Shown here: piece by piece, positions 19,035 through 28,232 of the stretch | Numbering within the stretch: the first letter of the stretch is position 1 | How the letters are laid out: every line of letters begins with the position of its first letter | Assembly: GCA_964545165.1 (NCBI GenBank) | Contig: CAZJEQ010000001.1 | Location: 1,971-65,970 of the forward strand | DNA from: an uncultured Candidatus Saccharibacteria bacterium | GTDB taxonomy: Bacteria > Patescibacteriota > Minisyncoccia > Phycocordibacterales > UBA2100 | Direction: 5' to 3' | DNA length: 64,000 nucleotides | Notes under the pieces: model-generated | Told to the model about the DNA's origin: nothing | Seen by the model: the letters and a program-made list of their open reading frames with translations, nothing else | Database searches by the model: none | Program-made: the position numbers and the translations under genes

Positions 19035-21569
19035 ATGAGGAGGCTCACTCGTGCGACTGCTGTAATTCTTTCGTTTGCGATGCTGCTGTCGCCGCTCACA
19101 GTGACAGCGCAAGGATCATTCCCGTCTAATTGGGCCTCTCTTACACCGCAGCAGCAGACCAATTGGTTGAATGCATACAATAACCAGACGTTGCCGGCGT
19201 ACGTCTCGCCGACAGTTCCTTCGAGCCCCTCTCTATGGTCGCAATTTACAAATTTGTTCAGTGCGCCGTCGCCATCTCCTGCGTACAACCCCTATTCTGC
19301 GCAGTCGCCGGATATGTACGGTCAGCAGAATCAGTACACCTCTACTAACAACGCGTTACAGGATTACAGTCGCCTCAATCCGTCATCGGGTACGACGGGC
19401 GGACAAGGATGGGGAGGTCCCGAGCCCGCACCGGGAAGCTTGAGTGGCTCGGGGAGCGGAGCGGGTGCAAGCGCTGGGGGAGGCAGTGCAGCGGGTGCGA
19501 TAGCTGGACCAGCGGCTTCGATTGGTGCGGGAGCAATCATGAATCAAGGAGGCAATCTCTTGTGCGCAAATGTCATCGTCAATAATCTGTGCCCACCGTG
19601 CTCACTCCCCGAAAAAGCATCGAACCCAGCCGGGTACAACTGTATCCCAAAGGCCAATCAATATATGTGTCCTGGCTCGTGTTTTGATATTTCATCGGCC
19701 ACGGTTGGTATGTGTGTTGCGCCCGGAAAATGTCAGGCAGTGTCAGCACCGGGTCTCGGTGGCATTGGCGGCGGATTGCTCTCGACGCTCGGTGTTGGTG
19801 TGACGATGTCGGTGGTTGGAGCCGTCGTCGGCAAGCTCGTGAGTGGTTTTGGCGCTGCATCCGGCGGCGGCACGAATCCTGGTGCCAGCGGATACGGTAG
19901 CAATCCGTTTGGTTCGACGAATCCGACCGCGCAAACCTGCACCTCGTATCGGCCGACCAGCGACACCGCCCAGCTCTCACAGCCGTGCACGTACTATGTC
20001 CCTGCTTCGGGGACGAGTACGGGTACCACTGGTACGGGCACTACGTGCAGTGCGATGGATCAGGCACTGGGCCTCTGCGGCGGCACGAGCACCGGCACTA
20101 CCGGCACGGGCACTGGTACGAACACGTGCAGCCCGACCTCGCAAGCCCTCGGCCTCTGCGGCGGCACGAGCACGACGACCAGTGCGACCAATGCCTCAGT
20201 CTCAGCCACGCCAACGTCTGGCCCGGCACCGCTCAGCGTCACCTTTACGGTGACAGATACCTCGACTGGCTGTACGCGCGATGCGGTCACACTCGCATAC
20301 GGTGATTCATCGGCAGCGGTCACGGTGTTTGCGGCAACGACTGCGTGTGGTGCGCGCAATCCGGCGACGCTCACGCATACGTATGCGACGAGCAGTTCCT
20401 TCGTCGCGCGCCTCAAGAATGCTGCGAGCGGAGCGGAGCTCTCGAGTGTCAGTATTACCGCGACGGCACCAGGGACGACCGGCGGAGGACCCATCGCTGA
20501 CGTGACGACGGCAGCACTCGCCGCAGCGCCCTCGTCTGGTTCCGCACCGCTTTCTGTTTCGATCATCGCATCCGACACATCACCCGAATGTCCTCATGCG
20601 CCGATCGGTATCAGATACGGAGACGATTCAGCCCCGATAACGCTCTTCGATGGTGTGACCAGTTGCGGACAAGCGGCACAGCGGCTGACGCATGCGTACG
20701 TGGCACCTGGCTCGTACAAGCTTGAGCTCGTAAAAGCGGGAGGTGCGATCGTCCGTTCGGTCACTATCAATGTGAGCGCGCCGACGACGGGCACGGGTGG
20801 CACGCAAGGACAAGGTGGGGTGCAGACGACATTCGATGCAGACGCGCAACCGATTACCGCTGGCGTCCAATCATCCGAAAATCAAGCGACCATTACCTCT
20901 GGTGGCGCGGCTCCTGCGGGAGCGCCGACAGGCGACATCAAGCTCTTTGGCGCGGGTGCGACTATTTCTGCATCCACCAAGGACGCGCAGACCAATACCA
21001 CGGTCTCTGGCTTCGTCGGTGGCAACACCAACAGCACTATCAACGATAAGAGCGTTGCGCAGCGCTTGTGCGTCTCGCGACCATGGAGCAGCAATTTCCT
21101 TTCTTATGTGATTCCGCCGTCGTTCTTCGACTCGCTCTGTTCGTGGCGTGGCTACGAAGTGGGGCAGGCAACCTCGACGCCTGTCGTGCCAACGACTTCC
21201 ACCACACAAACCAGCGTGAAGCCGCAGGTGCAGCTGACGCAGCAGCCCGCGAAGACGACACCCGCTTCGGTGAAGCCAGCGACTACGACGCCGGTCCTCA
21301 CGACACCGGCAAAAATAGATGTGTGGGCGGTGCCAGCCAGCGTCCCGCTCGGCTCGCGCACGTCAATCTTCTGGAATGCTGAGGGTGTGGAGAGCTGCCT
21401 CATTACCTCGCCCGATGGGAGCTTTACGCAGAACGTCTCGGGCGCAAATCTCCGCAACAAGGGCGCCTCGACCGTGCCGATTATTGCCGCCACCACCTTC
21501 TCAATGTCATGTCTGCGTGCCGATGGTTCGCATGTGACAGATTTCGTCACGGTAAAGATTGCCATTTAA
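19035..21569 (+). CDS. Secreted/surface Cys- and Thr/Gly-rich protein with two PKD-like domains
   Basis: Signal peptide; PTSGPAPLSVTF...YGD...THTY and PSSGSAPLSVS...YGD...THAY; internal TCSxxxQALGLCGGTS repeats. Confidence 0.8.
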   Translation: MRRLTRATAVILSFAMLLSPLTVTAQGSFPSNWASLTPQQQTNWLNAYNNQTLPAYVSPTVPSSPSLWSQFTNLFSAPSPSPAYNPYSAQSPDMYGQQNQYTSTNNALQDYSRLNPSSGTTGGQGWGGPEPAPGSLSGSGSGAGASAGGGSAAGAIAGPAASIGAGAIMNQGGNLLCANVIVNNLCPPCSLPEKASNPAGYNCIPKANQYMCPGSCFDISSATVGMCVAPGKCQAVSAPGLGGIGGGLLSTLGVGVTMSVVGAVVGKLVSGFGAASGGGTNPGASGYGSNPFGSTNPTAQTCTSYRPTSDTAQLSQPCTYYVPASGTSTGTTGTGTTCSAMDQALGLCGGTSTGTTGTGTGTNTCSPTSQALGLCGGTSTTTSATNASVSATPTSGPAPLSVTFTVTDTSTGCTRDAVTLAYGDSSAAVTVFAATTACGARNPATLTHTYATSSSFVARLKNAASGAELSSVSITATAPGTTGGGPIADVTTAALAAAPSSGSAPLSVSIIASDTSPECPHAPIGIRYGDDSAPITLFDGVTSCGQAAQRLTHAYVAPGSYKLELVKAGGAIVRSVTINVSAPTTGTGGTQGQGGVQTTFDADAQPITAGVQSSENQATITSGGAAPAGAPTGDIKLFGAGATISASTKDAQTNTTVSGFVGGNTNSTINDKSVAQRLCVSRPWSSNFLSYVIPPSFFDSLCSWRGYEVGQATSTPVVPTTSTTQTSVKPQVQLTQQPAKTTPASVKPATTTPVLTTPAKIDVWAVPASVPLGSRTSIFWNAEGVESCLITSPDGSFTQNVSGANLRNKGASTVPIIAATTFSMSCLRADGSHVTDFVTVKIAI

Positions 21570-21572
21570 ATC

Positions 21573-22472
21573 ATGTGGCAGGCCTTTGCATTTCTCGCGC
21601 TCCTCGCGACAGCCGGGCAAAGTGTCGTCGATAAGTGGGCGATCGTGAGCGATCGTCGCATTGATCCCACTGTGGCGACCTTCTGGCGCAATGCACTCGT
21701 TTTTGTGTTCGTGGTAGCTATGGGCTGGTGGGGAATCATGGGCACCATCAGCTGGTACTTCGATCCGCTCATTCTGCTCTTCGGTGCGCTGCTTGTCTGC
21801 AGCGCCTTCTTTTACACCTACATGCTCAAGCATGTCGAAGTGACCGGTATCGAAATGGACAACTACATAGATCCCGTCGTATTTCTCTTGATCGATGTGT
21901 TCATCGTAGGCGCGGCGCTCAATGGCGGGCAGATAGCGGGAGTCGTATTGCTCTCGGTAGGGGGCTTCCTCTTTGCGGTGGATGCGCGCACGCGTCATCT
22001 CAAGCGGGAATTCTCGCTCAAGGTAGTGGGGATTATTTGCTTTTGGGTCATCTACAGCGGTCTGCAGTTTTACCTCTTCAAGTACCTCAACGACACCGTC
22101 GGACTCAACAGCGTGAGCTTTATGGCAAGTACGCATCTGGTCGCAGTTGCTATCATGCTTCTCCTGGTGACGATGCGTGGGAAATTCGGCGCGCTTTTTC
22201 TCAGTGCATCTGCTCAGTATTTGCCACCCGTCATGCTCAGCAAGGTATTCGATACTGCTGCAGCGCTGCTCATGCTCACAGCGCTCATGAGTGCGAGCGC
22301 CTCACAAGTTGCCGCGATAGGGGCGCTCGCACCGCTCATCCTCCTTGCTACAGCGGTATTCGTCCAAAAGGAGACCCGATTCAATATCCGCGAGCGTGTG
22401 GACCGTGCCAATGTTTCTTCGAAAATCGTGGCCGTCATCCTGATCGGCCTCGGCATTTATTTGGTGAGCTAA
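21573..22472 (+). CDS. EamA/DMT family transporter
   Basis: About 10 TM segments with two-fold repeat organisation. Confidence 0.75.
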   Translation: MWQAFAFLALLATAGQSVVDKWAIVSDRRIDPTVATFWRNALVFVFVVAMGWWGIMGTISWYFDPLILLFGALLVCSAFFYTYMLKHVEVTGIEMDNYIDPVVFLLIDVFIVGAALNGGQIAGVVLLSVGGFLFAVDARTRHLKREFSLKVVGIICFWVIYSGLQFYLFKYLNDTVGLNSVSFMASTHLVAVAIMLLLVTMRGKFGALFLSASAQYLPPVMLSKVFDTAAALLMLTALMSASASQVAAIGALAPLILLATAVFVQKETRFNIRERVDRANVSSKIVAVILIGLGIYLVS

Positions 22473-22501
22473 GGATGCTATAGTCGTCCTGTTCATTGCA
22501 T

Positions 22502-22577
22502 CCGCCCGTAGCTCAGTCGGTAGAGCAACTCCCTTTTAAGGAGATGGTCGTTGGTTCGATTCCAACCGGGCGGACCA
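22502..22577 (+). tRNA. tRNA-Lys(TTT)
   Basis: Acceptor CCGCCCG/CGGGCGG, anticodon loop CTTTTAA, GTTCGATTC T-loop, encoded CCA. Confidence 0.95.
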
Positions 22578-22579
22578 GT

Positions 22580-22618
22580 AAAAGAAAATGCCGAGCTTTT
22601 TGCTCGGCATTTTCTTTT
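22580..22618. terminator. Bidirectional terminator
   Basis: AAAGAAAATGCCGAGC...GCTCGGCATTTTCTTT. Confidence 0.85.
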
Positions 22619-22620
22619 TG

Positions 22621-22881
22621 TTATTTATTTTCGCTACCGGGTTCTTTCATCGCCGCAAGGGCATCGAGCAGCTCAACTCCCTGTTCTTGCAATTCCATGA
22701 TGCGTGCTTCGTCCGCTTCCTTCTGCAGCGATTCGGCGTAAAAGCCGAGCAGAAGCTTGCCCTGCACCTCTTCGGGTAATTCCTGGTAATGGTCGATCAT
22801 AAATCGTTCCACTGCCTTCTCGTCGCCCGCATCAACGAGCTTGTCTATTTCCGCCATCAATTGTTGCTGAGTCATAGTCAT
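22621..22881 (-). CDS. Hypothetical acidic helical protein
   Basis: ORF MTMTQQQLMAEID... directly downstream of 22887..24146. Confidence 0.6.
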   Translation of the reverse strand: MTMTQQQLMAEIDKLVDAGDEKAVERFMIDHYQELPEEVQGKLLLGFYAESLQKEADEARIMELQEQGVELLDALAAMKEPGSENK

Positions 22882-22886
22882 ATCAT

Positions 22887-24146
22887 TTATAGGGGAGCGG
22901 ATGCGGTCGCCCACCATCCGTTCATATCTTGATGCATTCGGTCGCGCGTTGGCCACAATAGTTCCATAAGTGCAGCAAAAAGCCCCGTCGCTTTGTGCTG
23001 CTCACGCTGCCCCTGCTGCATTGCCGTTTCTTCGCTGAGGCAGCTTGCATCGAAGGCGTCGTGTTCCGGTTGTGTGAACGCGTCCGGTGTCTTGCCAAGT
23101 CGCACGCATTCTGCCTGAAGACGCTCTTTGTATCTGCGCTGCCGAGCCTCAGGAGAGTTCGATTCTCTAAGGCCTTCGCGCACTCCACGAAACTCGGCAA
23201 ATGTTTTGACCGCACGTTCTTCCCGTAGGACTGGCGCGTTCCCAGTTTTCAATGCTTCGATGATCGCAATACGCATATCGGGATCAAGCGTGCCGCGAAG
23301 AATCGTGCCGACCTGTCCCATGTACGCATCCCGCCGCTGCATGATCGCGCGCTCTCCTTCAAATGCGCGTTCAATTTGCGCCACCTTGCGTCGGACATGA
23401 CCTCCGCCCCACAAGCCGTCCCACAATCGGCCGATGCCGTTCATCTGCGCCCGAGCAAGTTGTGCCAGATTTTCTCTAACGGCATCTGTCATACCAGCGG
23501 TACCGAGTGCGGGTTCGATAGCCGTTCGGTAGGCTTCTTCTGTTATGCCATGCCTGCCGAGAGCCCCAAGTACATTCGCCGTTGCTCGTTCGGCATCTGG
23601 GCTTGAGCCAAGTGTGCGCGCAGATCGGAGGTTGTCTACAAGGGTCTCGAATCCTCGGGGATTCTCGACAGCCATCTTATCGAGCTGAGATCGCAATACG
23701 TTTCCTGCTTCCTGCAAATTGCGCGTTTGTCCGAGCACTTCCTGAATACGTGGGTCGCGTAAAGCCATGCGTTGGATCTCCGGGTCAGAAATAGCCTCAC
23801 GCGCAAGTGACACAAGCGTCATTTGACGGTTAAAACCCTGCCGAGATGCCTCCAAAAAAGCGTTCTCTTCGTCGGTGAACAAGCGCTCTGCTACCGAGCG
23901 CGCGGGATCATTTTCTATCTTTTGCGCAATCGATACAGCCATATTCGGGTCCTGTGCGTGCAGGTACTTGCCGAAGAATAAATCCTCAAGGTGCGCGTTG
24001 CTTCGCAGCTGCGGAAGCGTGCGATCATTATCTCCAAGCGCAACGGTACCTTCACCGAGCGGATTCGGGATTTCCCTGCTTCGTTGTATTTGAGCATCGC
24101 TCGAAGCAACCATGCGATTTAGCGCCCTCTCTGACTCCATTGACAT
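22887..24146 (-). CDS. Hypothetical helical protein
   Basis: 419-aa ORF, no recognised motif. Confidence 0.65.
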   Translation of the reverse strand: MSMESERALNRMVASSDAQIQRSREIPNPLGEGTVALGDNDRTLPQLRSNAHLEDLFFGKYLHAQDPNMAVSIAQKIENDPARSVAERLFTDEENAFLEASRQGFNRQMTLVSLAREAISDPEIQRMALRDPRIQEVLGQTRNLQEAGNVLRSQLDKMAVENPRGFETLVDNLRSARTLGSSPDAERATANVLGALGRHGITEEAYRTAIEPALGTAGMTDAVRENLAQLARAQMNGIGRLWDGLWGGGHVRRKVAQIERAFEGERAIMQRRDAYMGQVGTILRGTLDPDMRIAIIEALKTGNAPVLREERAVKTFAEFRGVREGLRESNSPEARQRRYKERLQAECVRLGKTPDAFTQPEHDAFDASCLSEETAMQQGQREQHKATGLFAALMELLWPTRDRMHQDMNGWWATASAPL

Positions 24147-24198
24147 GCAGCTATTGTGACACGGTACTTACGCCGTGCAATCGGGACAACTGCGCGGT

Positions 24199-24543
24199 TT
24201 ACAGCGGGAGATCGAAGGCGAAGGCGCCTGGGCCAGTGACCACGAGGGTCGCGAGCATCACGCACATGAGTATGGCCGTGGTCATTGGGTAGTGGCGCAT
24301 TTTGGGTACGAAAAGTCCTGCCGCCACCACGACGAGGCCAATGAGGGCGGCAATCTGCGTCCACGCGCCGACGAGGAGCGATATAGCGACGGCAACTTCT
24401 ACGACACTGAGCGTGCGCGTGAGCGAATCGCGATGCGCCATGTGCTGCCAGGCAGCGAGTACGAGAAAGGCTGCGAGGGCGAGACGAATAGCGAGTGCTG
24501 CAAATGGTGAGAGGAAGAGGAGTTGTGGGAAGAGGCTCAACAT
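24199..24543 (-). CDS. Small DoxX-like membrane protein
   Basis: MLSLFPQLL...IRL...GAWTQIAA...TGPGAFAFDLPL. Confidence 0.65.
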   Translation of the reverse strand: MLSLFPQLLFLSPFAALAIRLALAAFLVLAAWQHMAHRDSLTRTLSVVEVAVAISLLVGAWTQIAALIGLVVVAAGLFVPKMRHYPMTTAILMCVMLATLVVTGPGAFAFDLPL

Positions 24544-24580
24544 GGGTGCAGTATATCGTATTTCGTATATGGTATGCACC

Positions 24581-25045
24581 ATGCACGAGACGGTAGCCAT
24601 CCTCCACAACATCCGCAGTGCTCACAATGTGGGCTCCATATTTCGCACCTGCGATGCGGCTGGCATTGCCAGGGTATTTCTCACCGCCCACACCCCAACC
24701 CCCCTTCATACATTGGCCCCCCCCCAAACGGATGTTCCCAACCCCGCGCGCGGCGCCGAGCGCACGGTCGGCTGGGAGCAGTATGCGAATGTGCGTGATG
24801 CAATACAGAAGCTGCGCGATGAGGGCTTCCAGATCATCGGTGTGGAGCTCGACGATCGTGCTGTCGATTATCGTCAGTTCGTCCGCGCCGAAAAGTCAGC
24901 ATTCATTTTCGGCAACGAGGTGCGTGGCCTCTCACCCGCGCTTCGCGACGCGTGTGATGCGCTTGTAGAAATTCCTATGCGGGGAACCAAAGAATCACTC
25001 AATGTCTCGGTGAGCGCGGGTGTTATTCTCTTCGCGCTTCAGTAG
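24581..25045 (+). CDS. TrmH/SpoU family RNA methyltransferase
   Basis: LHNIRSAHNVGSIFRT, FGNEVRG, IPMRGTKESLNVS. Confidence 0.92.
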   Translation: MHETVAILHNIRSAHNVGSIFRTCDAAGIARVFLTAHTPTPLHTLAPPQTDVPNPARGAERTVGWEQYANVRDAIQKLRDEGFQIIGVELDDRAVDYRQFVRAEKSAFIFGNEVRGLSPALRDACDALVEIPMRGTKESLNVSVSAGVILFALQ

Positions 25046-25809
25046 GAGGTCTCGTCGACGATGCGCCCCGCGCTATCGAGGAGGCGCAGTGTGTCACCAG
25101 TATTTTTCCAGATTTCCTTGGTGTATCCGCCGTAGAGCCGCCAGCTCGGGAAATAAAAGCCGGGCGAGGAGGCGCGTTGGTTCGCGCATGCGCCGTACGA
25201 CTGCATATTCGGAAGATACTGCGTGCATTGATTTTCGCGGAACGAGACACCGATCGGCGAGACGCCACTAAAGATGAGTGCGCTCCCATCGCTCTGAAGC
25301 ACGACGTTGTCTACGCGATTCGGCGTGCCGGGGAGAAAGGGAGTCGTCGCCAGCGGGATCACCAGGCGCACGCCCGTGGTCATACTAACGATGGACCAGC
25401 CGCTGAGCGTGACCGGTGCCGCGCTGTCGCCCGTCATGTAGATCGAGAGGTATTCGTCGCGCGCACTTTCCGCGTATGCGTTGCTCGCCTCGAGCCGTAC
25501 TGATCCTCGCGCGGGAGAATCTGCGCCAGTGGTGGATAGGGGAGTATACGAGGTTGTGTCGCTCTCTATCGAGGGAGCGCTCTGGTCGTCGATTTCGGGC
25601 TCGATGCCGAGATCGCCGAAGATGCCGTCTTGCCCTGGTAATTGGAATTGTGTGGAGGATGAGGCGATGCCAAAGAGAAAATCGCGCAGGCTCGGCACGG
25701 AGTGCGCGGTATTTACGATAGAGCGAATACCACCACCATTAATAAACAGGAGGAGCACCACCGAGGCCACCATGCCGACAACAGTCCAGCCGAGGACGGT
25801 CTTTATCAT
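25039..25809 (-). CDS. Membrane-anchored protein with lamin-tail-like domain
   Basis: N-terminal TM; EYLSI...VTLSGWSI...IWKNTGDTLRLLD. Confidence 0.6.
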   Translation of the reverse strand: MIKTVLGWTVVGMVASVVLLLFINGGGIRSIVNTAHSVPSLRDFLFGIASSSTQFQLPGQDGIFGDLGIEPEIDDQSAPSIESDTTSYTPLSTTGADSPARGSVRLEASNAYAESARDEYLSIYMTGDSAAPVTLSGWSIVSMTTGVRLVIPLATTPFLPGTPNRVDNVVLQSDGSALIFSGVSPIGVSFRENQCTQYLPNMQSYGACANQRASSPGFYFPSWRLYGGYTKEIWKNTGDTLRLLDSAGRIVDETSY

Positions 25810-25816
25810 CGATCTA

Positions 25817-27073
25817 TTATATCGTCCCGCGAAGCTTCTCTAATTCTTCTCGTGCGATTCGTGCGTCGCTCCATGGCTCTTTCGTGCCGTTGGCTCGAGC
25901 AATATTCGGGTCAGTACCTTTGCCCGTGATGATGACGGCGTCACCGGCGCGTGCGAGTGTAAGGCCGCGTGCAATGGCCTCGCGGCGATCCATGATGATT
26001 TCTGGTGTGTGCTTCGTGATGCCGCGCGCGAGCTCGTCGACGATACTGCGCGGATCTTCGTCGTACGGGTCCTCATCGGTCAAAATGACGATGTCGCAAT
26101 GCGTGTCGGCAACGCCCGCCATCACGGGGCGCTTCCATTTGTCTCTACCCCCACCCGTTGCACCCAAGACGCAGATGCGTCGGCGCCCTTCGTAGGCGTC
26201 GTAGATCGCTTTGAGTGAATCCGGCGTATGTGCATAGTCGACAACCACGGCAAAATCCTGGCCCGCGTCGACACGCTCGGCACGGCCGGGGATACGGCGA
26301 ATGCTCCCGAGCGCTGCAGCGATGACATGTGGCTTCACGCCGAGAGCGCGCGTGAGGGTCGCGGCGGCGAGTGCGTTTTTGAGAGAGAATTCTCCGGGCA
26401 ACTGAATCTCGATTTTCTCGCCCTCGAGCGTAAAGTAGCCGCCCTCGGACGTTGCCTCCCATGGCTGGTGCGCGGAGAGCGAGAATGGAAGCGCGCGCTC
26501 AACCGGGAGCGCTAGGTATCGCGCACTCTGCGGATCATCGGCGTTGGCGACCATGAAACGATGACGCTTCCTCGATCGTGCGAGTGCACGGCCTATTTCG
26601 AATTTCGCATCAGCATAGGCCTCGAAGGAGCCGTGGGACTCGATATGCTCTGGTGCGAGATTCGTAAAGATGAGCGCGTCGAGCGCGATGCCGCGATGGC
26701 GATGCTGTCGCGCACCCTCGGATGTCATTTCCAAAACGACCGCATCACAATCATCCGCGTACGCGCGTCGCATAAATCGCTGCATAAAAAATCTGCCCGG
26801 CATCGACATGCGTGTCGTGTTCGGCGCGGACCACTCGCCAATTTTGAAGCGAATGGAATTCACGAGCGCAGTGCGATAGTTGGACGCCTCGAGAATCGCC
26901 GCGACCATCTCAGTGACCGATGATTTACCTTTGGTGCCGGTCACCGCGACGATGAGCATCCCGCGCGATGGGTAGCGAAACACCAGGGCGGCGAATTCCG
27001 CGAGGAAGAGGTGATACGCCGAGATGGCTCGCTCGGGGAGCAATCCTCGAATGATGTTTTTGAGCGTACGCAT
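25817..27073 (-). CDS. murE: UDP-MurNAc-tripeptide synthetase (Mur ligase)
   Basis: VTGTKGKSS, EMTSEG, TNLAPEHIE, PGRAE, DYAHTPDS, GGGRDK, ITGKG. Confidence 0.9.
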   Translation of the reverse strand: MRTLKNIIRGLLPERAISAYHLFLAEFAALVFRYPSRGMLIVAVTGTKGKSSVTEMVAAILEASNYRTALVNSIRFKIGEWSAPNTTRMSMPGRFFMQRFMRRAYADDCDAVVLEMTSEGARQHRHRGIALDALIFTNLAPEHIESHGSFEAYADAKFEIGRALARSRKRHRFMVANADDPQSARYLALPVERALPFSLSAHQPWEATSEGGYFTLEGEKIEIQLPGEFSLKNALAAATLTRALGVKPHVIAAALGSIRRIPGRAERVDAGQDFAVVVDYAHTPDSLKAIYDAYEGRRRICVLGATGGGRDKWKRPVMAGVADTHCDIVILTDEDPYDEDPRSIVDELARGITKHTPEIIMDRREAIARGLTLARAGDAVIITGKGTDPNIARANGTKEPWSDARIAREELEKLRGTI

Positions 27074-27074
27074 A

Positions 27075-27644
27075 TTAGCGGCCCATTATTTTCAGCGCCT
27101 CGCGCAGTCGCTCCGAGCTCGATTCGATTTCGGGCGGCACTTGACGCAGTGCATCGCGCGCTTCTGCACCGCTGTAGCCGAGTGCCTTCATGGCCTCGAG
27201 CGCTTCCTCATCGCCCTTGAGGCTGGCCGTCTCGTAGGCGCTGCCGGTGCCGACTTTGTCGCGAAGTTCGAGCACAATCTTCTCAGCAGTCTTTTTGCCG
27301 ATGCCGGAGACCTTGGTGAGATATTCGGAGCGGCCGGTCGAAATCGCGCTGCGGAGCGTCTCGACACTCGCGATATCTAAAATGGCGAGTGCGGATTTCG
27401 GGCCGATGCCGGAGACAGAGAGGAGCATCTCAAAGAAGTGCTGCTCCTCCTCGTCAGCAAAGCCGTAGAGATCGAGGATGTCTTCGCGAACCGCGAGGTG
27501 CGTCCAGAGTGAGGCCTCCGTGCCTTCGCGAAGCGGGGAGAGGGTGGCGCGGGTAGCGGCGACCTTGTAGCCCACACCGCCGCACGAGAGGATGACGAAT
27601 CCGGCAGCGCTTTTGGTGACGATTCCACGCAGGTGTCCGATCAT
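27075..27644 (-). CDS. ruvA: Holliday junction DNA-binding protein RuvA
   Basis: MIGHLRG, GVGY, VRED..DLYGF, VSGIGPKSA, GIGKKTAEKIVLEL. Confidence 0.96.
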   Translation of the reverse strand: MIGHLRGIVTKSAAGFVILSCGGVGYKVAATRATLSPLREGTEASLWTHLAVREDILDLYGFADEEEQHFFEMLLSVSGIGPKSALAILDIASVETLRSAISTGRSEYLTKVSGIGKKTAEKIVLELRDKVGTGSAYETASLKGDEEALEAMKALGYSGAEARDALRQVPPEIESSSERLREALKIMGR

Positions 27645-27723
27645 CCGCTCAGTATGAGCGGCACTAGACCCGGGGGCAAGTAGATTGCAATTGTGGGCAG
27701 AATTGTGTAGTATCTCGCCACAT

Positions 27724-27987
27724 ATGGCACGTACGTCTTCCGCACGAAAAGCCCATCGCGTCGCAAAGCGCCGCGGCCTTTTCAATGCACGCCGTAAGGG
27801 CACGATGAAATCGGCCGTCAAAGGCATCCAGAAACAGATCCTTGCCAAATCAGCCGATGCTGCCAAGTCGCTCTCGGGTGTTCAGCAGGCGATCGACAAG
27901 GCCGCCAAGAACGGCACCATCAAGAAAAACACGGCCGCGCGCATGAAATCGCGCATCGCCAAGCGCATCTCAGCGCTCTCCAAGTAA
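27724..27987 (+). CDS. rpsT: 30S ribosomal protein S20
   Basis: SARKA...N...IDKAAKNGTIKKNTAARMKSR. Confidence 0.95.
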   Translation: MARTSSARKAHRVAKRRGLFNARRKGTMKSAVKGIQKQILAKSADAAKSLSGVQQAIDKAAKNGTIKKNTAARMKSRIAKRISALSK

Positions 27988-27991
27988 GATA

Positions 27992-28025
27992 TAAGAAAAC
28001 GACCCCGGAAGGGGTCGTTTTCTTA
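27992..28025. terminator. Bidirectional terminator
   Basis: TAAGAAAACGACCCC-GGAA-GGGGTCGTTTTCTTA. Confidence 0.88.
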
Positions 28026-28043
28026 GAGCTTTTCTCTCACTTG

Positions 28044-28115
28044 TGCTCTCGGTAGGAATCGAACCTACATCACAACCTCCGCAAGGTTGCGTCCTATCCA
28101 TTGAACGACGAGAGC
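28044..28115 (-). tRNA. tRNA-Arg(GCG)
   Basis: Acceptor GCTCTCG/CGAGAGC; anticodon arm CAACC-TTGCGGA-GGTTG; no encoded CCA. Confidence 0.92.
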
Positions 28116-28232
28116 GTGGTAGCCGCCAATGTAGCATAATTCTTCCATTTTCACAGAGGGCGAGCGGACGCTCGTGACACTCTCCACACGTGAGTCATTG
28201 TTGAAGCATCATCCAGGCTTCATTATTGGGCC

